DNA of 64,000 nt from an uncultured delta proteobacterium. Its GTDB lineage: Bacteria; Desulfobacterota; Desulfobacteria; Desulfobacterales; Desulfosalsimonadaceae. Below the pieces are notes generated by a model, which ran no database searches, was not told the DNA's origin, and saw only the letters and a list, made by a program, of their open reading frames with translations. The translations under genes and the position numbers were made by a program. Below, piece by piece: positions 41,183 through 50,539 of this stretch. Location of the stretch: the NCBI GenBank assembly GCA_963826785.1, contig CAWGYD010000011.1:1-64000 (forward strand), written 5' to 3'. Each line of letters begins with the position of its first letter. Position 1 is the stretch's first letter.

Positions 41183-43000
41183 ATGCGATCCATCAGATTC
41201 AGAACCCGGATCTTTCTCTATTTTCTGCTTGTTTTACTGCCGGCGATCTGCGTTCCAGCCTATTATCTGTACCATACGCTCGACACCGAAATTTACAAAG
41301 AAGCCGAATCCAGCGCGTTTACCCAGCTTGGATTTCTGGAGTGGCTGCTCAAGCAGCATTCGGAATTTCAGGATCATCAGGCGCTGGACCGATGGTGCAC
41401 CCGGGTCGGTGAAAAACTCGATCTTCGCATCACCATCATCAATGCCGGTGGACGGGTCATCGCAGACTCGGGCGTCTCCTATGAAAACGTCCCGGAAATG
41501 GAAAACCATATCACCCGTGAAGAAGTGATGGCCGCGCGCAAGCAGGGAATGGCCTCGAGCATCCGGTACAGTGAAACCGTCAGGCGAAAACTCATCTATG
41601 CCGCCATGCCCATCGATCTGGCCGATGCGCCCGGAGGCATCCTCCGGGTAGCGATTCCGCTTTCCATGGTAGAGGAGCGGCTGGCCTACTTTGCCGACCG
41701 GTTCTGGCTGGTTCTGGCCCTGGCCTTTCTGTTGACCGCCCTCATTACCTATCTTCTGGCCGGATACCTCGAGGCGCCGATCCAAAGGATTATCCAGACC
41801 ACCCGGGCCATTGGCGAAGGCCATTATGATGAACGACTGGAGCCCGGCGGCAGCCTGGAATTCCAGCAGCTTTCGGTTCACATCAACGACATGGCCGACC
41901 GGATCGGACAGGACATCAAAACACTCACAGAGCAGAAGAGGGAAATCGAAGCCGTTTTTGAAGGGATGCAGGAAGGCGTGATGCTGCTCGCCCCCAACGG
42001 GCGTATCACCTCCGTAAACACCGCCCTCACCCGTATTGCCAAATGCGTGACCCCCTGTATCGGACAGCGGCCCATCGAGGTCTTCATCAATTCCGACATC
42101 CAGAACGCCTGTAATGAAATTCTAAACGGCAAACCCGATGCGCGGCTGAGAGTGGACGTGGAACAAGACGCCATATTTGAGATCAACCTGGTCGGCATCC
42201 CGGAAGGGGGTGCGGTGGCTGTTTTCCACGACATCAGCGAACAGGTCCGCCTGGAGAAGGCCCGGCAGGATTTCGTGGCCAATGTTTCCCATGAATTGCG
42301 CACACCGCTGACCTCCATCAAGGGATATGCGGAAACCCTCCTCGAACCCGATCCCCCGCCTGAAGACATGGCCCGGTCGTTCCTGCAGACGATTGTCAAA
42401 AACGCCAACCAGATGGCCAATATCGTAAATGATCTTCTGGAACTCACCCAACTGCAGCAGAAATCAAGGGGGTCGGCACAATTAAAGCCGATCGATGCGG
42501 CTTTATGCCTGAAAAACACCTGGGAAACTTTCCTACCCATGGCAGGTGAAACGCAGATTAAACTCGATAACCGGATTGAGGGTCCTTTATACGTGAAAGC
42601 GGAAGAAAATCTGCTGATGCAGGTATTTCGTAATCTGCTGGACAACGCAATTCGCTACAGCCCGCCAGATACAGTGATTACCGCCGCTGCCGCCACCCGG
42701 GACGGCACCTGCACGTTTTGCATCGAAGACCAGGGGCCGGGCATTCCCAAGCGGCACCAGAATCGAATATTTGAGCGATTCTACCGGGTGGACAAGGAGC
42801 GCAGCCGGGCTTCCGGCGGGACCGGACTGGGCCTGGCCATCTGCCGGCATGCGGTGAAAGGCATGGGGGGGAGCATATGGGTGGAGAGCCCACCGATGGG
42901 AAAAACCCGGGGTACGGCCTTTTACTTCTCTCTTGCGATATCCGCCGCACCCGGAAAATCCGATTCCCGACAAAACGGACCCGCCTCCGGAAAGGCTTAA
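41183..43000 (+). CDS. phoR: phosphate sensor histidine kinase (HAMP-PAS-HisKA-HATPase)
   Basis: [43 protein letters not shown]. Confidence 0.92.
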   Translation: MRSIRFRTRIFLYFLLVLLPAICVPAYYLYHTLDTEIYKEAESSAFTQLGFLEWLLKQHSEFQDHQALDRWCTRVGEKLDLRITIINAGGRVIADSGVSYENVPEMENHITREEVMAARKQGMASSIRYSETVRRKLIYAAMPIDLADAPGGILRVAIPLSMVEERLAYFADRFWLVLALAFLLTALITYLLAGYLEAPIQRIIQTTRAIGEGHYDERLEPGGSLEFQQLSVHINDMADRIGQDIKTLTEQKREIEAVFEGMQEGVMLLAPNGRITSVNTALTRIAKCVTPCIGQRPIEVFINSDIQNACNEILNGKPDARLRVDVEQDAIFEINLVGIPEGGAVAVFHDISEQVRLEKARQDFVANVSHELRTPLTSIKGYAETLLEPDPPPEDMARSFLQTIVKNANQMANIVNDLLELTQLQQKSRGSAQLKPIDAALCLKNTWETFLPMAGETQIKLDNRIEGPLYVKAEENLLMQVFRNLLDNAIRYSPPDTVITAAAATRDGTCTFCIEDQGPGIPKRHQNRIFERFYRVDKERSRASGGTGLGLAICRHAVKGMGGSIWVESPPMGKTRGTAFYFSLAISAAPGKSDSRQNGPASGKA

Positions 43001-43013
43001 AAGGATACTTTTA

Positions 43014-43775
43014 ATGGACAACCCAACCAGAATCACCGCCCGTCATCTCAACTTCTATTATCGGGATTTCAAGGCGCTGAAGGATATCTCCATTGAATTT
43101 CAAACAAACCGGGTATCCGCCCTGATCGGTCCATCCGGATGCGGCAAAAGCACCTTTTTAAGGTGCTTGAACCGGATGAATGACCTGATTCCCGGCACCC
43201 GGGTGGAAGGCCATATCTATCTGGATGAAAAAGACATTTACGAACCCCAGGTGGATGTGGTCAATCTCAGGCGAAAAGTCGGCATGGTATTTCAGAAACC
43301 CAATCCTTTTCCCAAGACGATCTTCGAAAATGTGGCTTACGGGCTGCGGGTAAACGAGATCAAGGATAAAAAACAGCTTCGGCAGCGTGTGGAAAAAAGT
43401 TTACGCCAGGCCGCCTTGTGGGACGAGGTCAAGGACCGGCTCAACGAGTCGGCCCTGGGTCTTTCCGGAGGACAGCAGCAGCGCTTGTGCATCGCAAGGG
43501 CCCTGGCTGTTGAACCGGAAGTGATCCTCATGGATGAACCGGCCTCGGCTTTGGATCCCATCGCCACCCAGAAAATCGAAGACCTCATCCATGAACTCAA
43601 AAAGAAATTTACCATTATCATTGTCACGCACAACATGCAGCAGGCGGCACGGGTGTCGGATACCACCGCCTTCTTCTATATGGGAAGCCTTATCGAGTCG
43701 GGTGAAACCGAATCGATTTTTACCCGGCCCTCCCTCAGGCAGACGGAAGATTATATCACCGGAAGATTCGGTTGA
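43014..43775 (+). CDS. pstB: phosphate ABC transporter ATP-binding protein
   Basis: [45 protein letters not shown]. Confidence 0.97.
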   Translation: MDNPTRITARHLNFYYRDFKALKDISIEFQTNRVSALIGPSGCGKSTFLRCLNRMNDLIPGTRVEGHIYLDEKDIYEPQVDVVNLRRKVGMVFQKPNPFPKTIFENVAYGLRVNEIKDKKQLRQRVEKSLRQAALWDEVKDRLNESALGLSGGQQQRLCIARALAVEPEVILMDEPASALDPIATQKIEDLIHELKKKFTIIIVTHNMQQAARVSDTTAFFYMGSLIESGETESIFTRPSLRQTEDYITGRFG

Positions 43776-43850
43776 CTTGCCATCGAGAATTCAGGTCTTG
43801 CCACCCGCACCAAGCCACATTTTTTCAGGTTTTTTAACAAAGGAGATTGA

Positions 43851-44534
43851 ATGGAACGGCATTTCATCCAGGAACTGGACAGACTGAAAATGTCCCTTCT
43901 CGACATGGCGGCGATTACCCGAAGGTCTCTGGGGAAAGCCGCCAAAGCATATATCGATCGGGATGAATCCCTGGCCCGGTCGGTCATTGACGGCGACTGC
44001 AAAATCAATGAAATGGAAACCCGAATCGATCAAATTTCCCTGAAAATGCTGGCCTTGGAACAGCCATTGGCCCGCGACCTCAGATTTATACTGGGGGCCA
44101 CCAAGATCAGCAACGAGTTGGAGCGCATCGCCGACCAGTCCGTAAACATTGCGGAGCGCACCCTTTTTCTGTGCCAGCATCCGCCGCTGGACCCCATCCC
44201 GGCCATGGATCGTCTCATCGATGTCAGCCAGGCGATGCTGGAAAAAGCGATATCTTCCATTGTCCAGGAAGATGTCGACCTGGCGCTTCAGGTGCGCGAA
44301 ATGGATGACCTTGCCGATGGCTATACCCTGGAGGTGCTTTCGGAAATGATCGAGCATATGGTCCAGAGCACGCCCACAACCGAAAGGCGGCGGTTAAACA
44401 CCCGCCGATCCATCATCACCATCATCATTTCCCGATGTCTCGAACGCGTGGCGGATCTGTCGACCAACATCGGAGAGCACGTGGCTTTTATCGTCGGCGG
44501 CATCAACGTCAAGCATCAGCCGGTAAAAAAATAA
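43851..44534 (+). CDS. phoU: phosphate signalling protein PhoU
   Basis: QPLARDLR, LERIAD, LERVADLSTNIGE. Confidence 0.95.
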   Translation: MERHFIQELDRLKMSLLDMAAITRRSLGKAAKAYIDRDESLARSVIDGDCKINEMETRIDQISLKMLALEQPLARDLRFILGATKISNELERIADQSVNIAERTLFLCQHPPLDPIPAMDRLIDVSQAMLEKAISSIVQEDVDLALQVREMDDLADGYTLEVLSEMIEHMVQSTPTTERRRLNTRRSIITIIISRCLERVADLSTNIGEHVAFIVGGINVKHQPVKK

Positions 44535-44551
44535 AAGGATTTCAAACATAG

Positions 44552-44589
44552 AAACGCCTGATCGGCACCCGGGGTGCGATCAGGCGTTT
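44552..44589. terminator. hairpin terminator after phoU
   Basis: AAACGCCTGATC-G-GCACC ... GGTGC-GATCAGGCGTTT. Confidence 0.75.
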
Positions 44590-44652
44590 GCTTTCAAATC
44601 AGCGCGCGGAGACGTTCAAGCCCCACACGTGATTAACTTTTGAGTAAATGAT

Positions 44653-45555
44653 CTACTCAGTGCCGGTGCTTTCTTTCTTCTGCTCCGGCTGCTGCATCTG
44701 ATTCTGCTGATCCGCCTTCTGGCTGTATTGGCTCAATACGTCGGCCAGCTGACTTCCCTGCTGGGTCTGAGGGGTCTCTTTGCCGCTCAGGATGTCCTTG
44801 GTGGTGGGGTAATAGGCACGGGTCTCCCCCTGCTGCCCCTGCTTGAAGAAATCCTCATTGGCGGTTTTATCCACTGAAATATATCCGCTGGTCAGATCGA
44901 CCCCGGCAAAAAGGCCGGCTGTATCCTGGTATCCCAGAATGTCGGCCGAGGTGGCCGCCTTGGCCTTTTCTCCATAGTACCCCGCGGTAACGGACGCTTC
45001 CGCCCCGAAATCGAGGTTGCCGTCCTGAAGATCCTGCAGACTTTTTTCATTCATGAACGCCAGTACCATATCGGTGGATTCAACGCCAAGCTGGGCGCCG
45101 ATGCTGGCCCCATAGAGATCCAGGAACAAAGGACCGTTCCAGTTGCCGTCCTGATGCACCATCAGGACCCCGGTGCCGTAGCGGCCGCCCACAATCAGGC
45201 CGGCTTTGGTCAGGCCCGGAAATATGGCCACTGCTTTTGCATCTTCAATCACATTCGCGGGGATCTTCTCCCCCTGCTTATCCATCATGTTCTTTAATAC
45301 AGCGGTCGCCTTTTCCACGATCGGGGCCGGCGCCTGTGCCATCTCCTGGTTCTGCTGGCCTTCAGGCTGCTGAGCCTCCTCCGCTCCGGTCTGGTCCTCC
45401 ATCTGGGTGTCCATGTTCGCCGGCTGGTTCTGATCAGTGCCCATGGTTTCCTGCTGGCTCTGGTCGGTCTGATAATCCTGCGCAAACCCGGCCACCGGGA
45501 ACATCAGGAGCAAGCAACCGATCAGTGCGATAAATAAACGTTTCTTCGTTTTCAT
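44653..45555 (-). CDS. exported lipid-binding SYLF (Ysc84-like) domain protein, paralogue 1
   Basis: Signal peptide, Q/E-rich linker, AVAIFP..KAGLIVGGRYGTG, GASIGAQLG, GLFAGV. Confidence 0.88.
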   Translation of the reverse strand: MKTKKRLFIALIGCLLLMFPVAGFAQDYQTDQSQQETMGTDQNQPANMDTQMEDQTGAEEAQQPEGQQNQEMAQAPAPIVEKATAVLKNMMDKQGEKIPANVIEDAKAVAIFPGLTKAGLIVGGRYGTGVLMVHQDGNWNGPLFLDLYGASIGAQLGVESTDMVLAFMNEKSLQDLQDGNLDFGAEASVTAGYYGEKAKAATSADILGYQDTAGLFAGVDLTSGYISVDKTANEDFFKQGQQGETRAYYPTTKDILSGKETPQTQQGSQLADVLSQYSQKADQQNQMQQPEQKKESTGTE

Positions 45556-45661
45556 CTCGACCTCCTTTAACTGTTTTGGTTTCATCGCCTGGAGCATATC
45601 CGCCAGTTTACGGCCGGTAAACCGCTGCCGTAACATGCTCACCGTGTAATAACGTGAATAT

Positions 45662-45710
45662 AGTATATAGCCGCAGATGAAAAATGTTATGGGGCAAAAC
45701 CCCTATTTTG
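45662..45710 (-). promoter_or_regulatory. promoter/regulator motif shared with 49320-49368
   Basis: Identical 20-mer AAAAATGTTATGGGGCAAAA plus TATTTTG, at the same spacing from a minus-strand TATACT -10. Confidence 0.7.
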
Positions 45711-45921
45711 GTTGGAGAATTGATAGAAGAATCGATTTTGAAATCATTGAGTCCCGAATGATCTTTTTTTCAAGGGGCCGAAAATGCATTCAATGTGAAA
45801 AAGCAGAGGATGGGTGATTGCGGAAAAAGTGATCCGGGTTTTCACTATTTGTCATTCTTATTCGGATATTACTGATCGTATCTTTTTGCGCTGCGTGGTC
45901 ATATCAGGGGCCGGACGGAAT

Positions 45922-46653
45922 CTATAACCCGGTATCCCGATCTTTATTTTCCCGGTCAAAACAGCAGGAAATCAGTTGTTTTAATTCCGTTTCGGATAAA
46001 TGGCGCCATTTCGACATCTCGAGGCCGCCCAGGCGCAGGGTGGCGATCCGGACCCGGTGGAGAGCCACCACCCGGTTGCCCACGGTTTCCACCATCCGCC
46101 GGATCTGGCGCTTCCGCCCTTCCTGCAAAACCATGGAGAACTTTTGCCTTCCCATCCGGGTCACTGCAGCCGACCGGGTTTTTCGGCTATCGATCACCAC
46201 CCCCCGGGCCATCTGGTCGAGATCCTGATCGGATAAGGGAGCGGCTGTTTCCACCTCGTATTCCTTTTCATGGTCGAAGGAGGGATGGCTCAGCCGCTGG
46301 TGAAGCGCCCCGTCATTGGTGAGGATCAGCAATCCGGTGGAATCCTTGTCCAGTCTTCCCACCGGAAAGACCCGGGCATCGATATCCACCAGGTCCATGA
46401 CGATCTTTTCTCCCCGGTGGCTGCAGCTGGTGATCACGCCTTTGGGTTTGTTGAGCATGATATATACGAAGGATTCCCGCCCGGCCACCGGCCGTCCGTC
46501 GACTTCCACCCGGTCTTTCGCCGGATCGATGCGGGTGCCCAGGAGGGTCACCACTTCGCCGTTCACCCGGACCCGGCCCTGACGGATATACTCTTCCCCC
46601 TTTCGGCGGGAGCAGATCCCGGCATCCGCCAGATATTTCTGCAGTCTGATCAT
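45922..46653 (-). CDS. rRNA pseudouridine synthase (RsuA/RluB family)
   Basis: RLQKYLA S4 domain, LNKPKG, VGRLDKDSTGLL, EGRKRQIRRM. Confidence 0.93.
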   Translation of the reverse strand: MIRLQKYLADAGICSRRKGEEYIRQGRVRVNGEVVTLLGTRIDPAKDRVEVDGRPVAGRESFVYIMLNKPKGVITSCSHRGEKIVMDLVDIDARVFPVGRLDKDSTGLLILTNDGALHQRLSHPSFDHEKEYEVETAAPLSDQDLDQMARGVVIDSRKTRSAAVTRMGRQKFSMVLQEGRKRQIRRMVETVGNRVVALHRVRIATLRLGGLEMSKWRHLSETELKQLISCCFDRENKDRDTGL

Positions 46654-46917
46654 CAATATTAATGCCCTCTGAGGAACTTAATCTCAATTTTGTAAAATGT
46701 TATAATAGATTGATTCTTTAATAATTTTTATCTGTTTGGCCCGGACGATGGGCGCCCCCCTTTAATTTCTCCTTTCCTGCTCTCCTCTGCGTTTTAACCC
46801 ATTTCCCGAAAAACCGCAAATGGCTGAAACCGTCGAACCGTCATGAAGGTTTTCACAATTTGGTCTCCATCAAAGTCAGCTTTGAATCACTGATAAACAC
46901 GCCGTCTGGAAATTTTC

Positions 46918-46995
46918 GTAACACGATAGTCACAGATATGTTCTCATTTCTTCACATCCCTGCCATTATTTCTTCACACAACACATCTATATACC
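46918..46995 (+). promoter_or_regulatory. array of six phased Pho-box-like half-sites upstream of the porin
   Basis: GTAAC 46918, GTCAC 46929, GTTCT 46940, TTCAC 46951, GCCAT 46962, TTCAC 46973 (exact 11-bp period); TATACC starts 17 bp after the start of the last half-site, as at phoB. Confidence 0.72.
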
Positions 46996-47077
46996 CGTCT
47001 ACATAGTGAATATGAGGTTCATCCGCATCTCCGGGTGATATTGAATTCAACTGAACGACCAACCGAGGAGAAGAAAA

Positions 47078-48172
47078 ATGAAAGAAAAGCCGTGTTTTTC
47101 AATTCTGTCCATGATGGTGTGCGCGGGCATGCTATTGTGCATGAGCCTTCCCGCTGCTGCGGCGCCGGTTAACGTGAGCGATTTTCTGGAGGGCATGTCC
47201 ATTAACGGCGACCTGCGCATCCGATATGAGCATAAGGAAAAGGACGTCTCCGATGAGGATGCCACCGACCGGCTGCGCCAGCGGTTCCGGATCGGCATGA
47301 CATGGTTCAACCCGTCGGAAAACTGGACGGTGGGCGCAGGACTGGCTACCGGCGGACTGGATGCCACCTCCACCAACGACACCTATTCCGAAGAAACCGC
47401 ATTTGAAACCGGCGATATCCGGCTGGACTACGCCTTTGCGGCGCACGAACTCAATGACAACTTCGCGTTTATCGCCGGCCAGCAGAAAAGCCCCTTTGAA
47501 ACCACCTGGGCGCTTTGGGATTCGGATGTCAGGCCGGTCGGTTTCACTGCAATAGTCGATCTTAAACCCGCCTTTATTACCGCCGGCTGGTATGATGTCC
47601 GGTACATCGACAAGGACATCGCCCAGATGGAAGCCGTCCAGGCCGGCGTTAAACTGGACATGGTCACCGCGGCCCTGGCGTTTTACAATTATCACCGGGT
47701 GGATGAATATGTGCTGACCGAAAACATGGATTCCGATTTTAAATACCAGATCGTCGATTTCTATGTGGAATCGGAATTGAAATTGGACCCGGTCAAATTA
47801 TACCCCAAGGCGCAGGTTTTTTACAATGTGGGGGCAAAAGGCCAGCCCGGACAGAGCATCCAGGATGCAAATCTCGACCCTGAAAAAGAGAATCTCGGCT
47901 GGCTGGTGGGCATCGGCGCAAAGATCGACCGGTTCAAACTGGGTATTGATTATGCGCAAATCGGGGCCGATTCTGTCATCCCGGGCCTCAAGGACGCGGA
48001 TTTCGGTGATGCACTGGGCTCCACCGATGTAGAGGGATTTGTGGTCGGCGCCGGCTTCAAGCTGACAAAGAACAGCGAGATCAATGCCACCGCTTTCCTG
48101 TACCAGGCCAAGGAAAGGGACCTGGACCAGGATCCCAAAACCTATCAGTTGGACCTGGTTTATAAATTCTAA
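47078..48172 (+). CDS. outer-membrane beta-barrel, putative porin
   Basis: Signal peptide, GDLRIRYE ... RLRQRFRIG, alternating beta pattern, C-terminal QLDLVYKF. Confidence 0.88.
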   Translation: MKEKPCFSILSMMVCAGMLLCMSLPAAAAPVNVSDFLEGMSINGDLRIRYEHKEKDVSDEDATDRLRQRFRIGMTWFNPSENWTVGAGLATGGLDATSTNDTYSEETAFETGDIRLDYAFAAHELNDNFAFIAGQQKSPFETTWALWDSDVRPVGFTAIVDLKPAFITAGWYDVRYIDKDIAQMEAVQAGVKLDMVTAALAFYNYHRVDEYVLTENMDSDFKYQIVDFYVESELKLDPVKLYPKAQVFYNVGAKGQPGQSIQDANLDPEKENLGWLVGIGAKIDRFKLGIDYAQIGADSVIPGLKDADFGDALGSTDVEGFVVGAGFKLTKNSEINATAFLYQAKERDLDQDPKTYQLDLVYKF

Positions 48173-48378
48173 GGCGGGCTTCCCCAAAAACCTCCGATTC
48201 AGTGCATCCCCCATCGGAGCCGGGCCGGTGATCCAAATACCCGGAAGAGAAGCCCACCTTCTAAAAAAATGTGCCCGTAAACGAACGTTAATTCCTTCGT
48301 TTGCGGGCACACCCCTTTTGTACCCCTCTATTTCAGGTCAGAAAGGTCAATTCCAATACAGTCTAAGTCGACCAACGG

Positions 48379-49221
48379 CTACTCACTGGCCCCCTGCCCT
48401 GCCTGATCTGCGTATTGTTTCAGAACATCAACCAGCTGCTTGGCGGCCGGAGACTGGGCTTCTTCCGCTTTTCCTGACATGAGATCCTGAATCGTGGGAT
48501 AATAGGCACGTGTTTGACCTTCCAAAGTCCGCCCGTAAGCGGCATTGGCGTCATTGTCCACTTCGATGTAACCGCTGGAAAGGGCCACTCCGGCGAACAG
48601 GCCCGCAGTATCCTGGTACCCTAAAATTTCGGCACCGGTGTCGGTTTTGACCTTCTCGCCATAGTGTCCCGCAGTCACCGATGCTTCCGCCCCGAAATCA
48701 AGTTTGCCGTCTTCCAGATTCCGCAGGCTTCTCTGATCCATGAAAACCATGGTCATGTCCGTGGATTCGACTCCGGCCTGGGCTCCGATGCTGGCGCCAT
48801 AAAGTTTGAGGAATAGCGGTCCGTTCCAGTTGCCATTCTGCTGCACCATCAGGATTCCTTTTCCGTAGCGTCCAGCCACAATCAGGCCCGCCTTGGTCAT
48901 CCCTGGAAATATCGCCACCGCTTCGGCCTTTTTGATAATCTCCGTCGGGATTTGTTTGCCTGGCCTACTGATCATGTTCTGAAAAGCCGCAGTTGCCTTT
49001 TCAATTTCAAGCCCGGGATTGAGATCGGTTCCCTGGGCAGTCGTCTGATCCTGAACCTGATTTTGATCTGACGGCAGTGCCTGGTTGCCCATTTGGTTGT
49101 TGGTGTCGGGCGCCACCTGCTGATTCTGATCGGCCTGGTGAGTCTGCGCCAGACCCGCAGCCGGAAGAATCAGGAGCAGGCAACCCATCAATGCCACCCA
49201 TAATGTCATTTTCGTTTTCAT
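48379..49221 (-). CDS. exported lipid-binding SYLF domain protein, paralogue 2
   Basis: Clear similarity to 44653-45555 (GNWNGPLFL, ILGYQDTAGLFAGV, TRAYYPT). Confidence 0.88.
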   Translation of the reverse strand: MKTKMTLWVALMGCLLLILPAAGLAQTHQADQNQQVAPDTNNQMGNQALPSDQNQVQDQTTAQGTDLNPGLEIEKATAAFQNMISRPGKQIPTEIIKKAEAVAIFPGMTKAGLIVAGRYGKGILMVQQNGNWNGPLFLKLYGASIGAQAGVESTDMTMVFMDQRSLRNLEDGKLDFGAEASVTAGHYGEKVKTDTGAEILGYQDTAGLFAGVALSSGYIEVDNDANAAYGRTLEGQTRAYYPTIQDLMSGKAEEAQSPAAKQLVDVLKQYADQAGQGASE

Positions 49222-49543
49222 CGCTACAACCTCCTTTTATGGTTCATAGTTCACGCCAAGAGCACATGTCGATACTGAGGCTTGCCCCGCTCAGATGCTC
49301 TTTTATTGAAATCTGTCATAGTATAGAGCGGTGAAATAAAAATGTTATGGGGCAAAAGCAGTATTTTGATCCGGAACACGCAGAACTCCGATCCGAAAAA
49401 GCATTAATGAAAAGGCCATGGAAAAAATCAGAAACTGGGTGGAAATCGGGATTGAACAACCGTAGTATTATTCAACGGCCCATACCGGGCTGAAACCGCG
49501 CATAAAAGGATTCCGGTGTTTCGCGTTTCACGGGAGGACAGTC

Positions 49544-50266
49544 ATGTCCGAAACGGATGCCATATTCTTGTCTCTGGAAGAGGCGACATCCGCCATTGCC
49601 TTCGATTTCAGCCATTACCCGCTGCAGCCCCGCCTCCTGCTTGACCTTTGCCCCCTGATTCTGGGCGATGACGCCGTTATCGTATCGGATCACCGGCAGG
49701 AAGGAATATGGATGTCCACCCCCGGGCGCAGATCCGTGCGAAAAATGAAAAAACTCAAATTTTGGGAACTCAGCGATCTGCTGCTCAAAACCCTGGTCCG
49801 ATCCCCGCCGGAACCGGAGATGCTGGCCGCGATATGTTCGCGTGTTTTTCTGACGCCGGTCCGGGTTGAACATCCGGGAAACGGCGGCAAGCCGGGGGTC
49901 CGGATCGAAACCGGGATGGCGTTGTTTACATGCCGACAATGCGGACAGTGCTGCCGGCAGCTCGATTATCATCATGAACTGTCCGAGACGGACTACCAGA
50001 CATGGGTGTCTCTGGGGCGCGGGGATATCCTTAGATGGGTGGGCGTCATGAACCCAAACGGCACAGGGCGTTCATACGGGATCTGGATAAAACCCGGAAC
50101 CCGGGAATATGTCCCGGTCTGCCCCTGGCTTAAACCGGTTTCTCCGGCCGCCGGCCAATCCGCTTATGAATGCCGCATCCACGAGGTCAAGCCGGAAATC
50201 TGCCGACAGTATCCCGGCACCCGCAAGCATGCACAGATGACCGGATGCCCGGCATTTCTCCATTAA
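49544..50266 (+). CDS. YkgJ-family cysteine-cluster protein
   Basis: FTCRQCGQCC, CPWL, CRIHEVKPEICRQYP; RBS GGAGG. Confidence 0.85.
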   Translation: MSETDAIFLSLEEATSAIAFDFSHYPLQPRLLLDLCPLILGDDAVIVSDHRQEGIWMSTPGRRSVRKMKKLKFWELSDLLLKTLVRSPPEPEMLAAICSRVFLTPVRVEHPGNGGKPGVRIETGMALFTCRQCGQCCRQLDYHHELSETDYQTWVSLGRGDILRWVGVMNPNGTGRSYGIWIKPGTREYVPVCPWLKPVSPAAGQSAYECRIHEVKPEICRQYPGTRKHAQMTGCPAFLH

Positions 50267-50297
50267 AGGTTCGCATTTTTTGACGTGAACAAACCTT

Positions 50298-50429
50298 GAT
50301 GAATCCGTAAAAAGTCCGAAGTTCGTCACTCCGGTGAAAACCGGAGTCTATAACAAGCTTAGTTTGTAGTAGATTCCGGCCTCCGCCGGAATGACAAAAG
50401 CGTAAAATCCGACTTTTTACGGGTTCATC
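50298..50429. mobile_element. 132-bp MITE with 19-bp terminal inverted repeats and 6-bp target-site duplication
   Basis: TIRs GATGAATCCGTAAAAAGTC / GACTTTTTACGGGTTCATC; AACCTT on both flanks; internal GTCACTCCGG..CCGGAGTCTA and TAGATTCCGG..CCGGAATGAC palindromes. Confidence 0.88.
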
Positions 50430-50539
50430 AACCTTAGAAGCATCAAAATCGTGAACAGCGTGCGGGGGGATCAATGGACAGGTCGACTCGGTTCCACAGA
50501 ACTCCCCAAAAGAATGAATGAAGGCGGAGCACTCGATAT

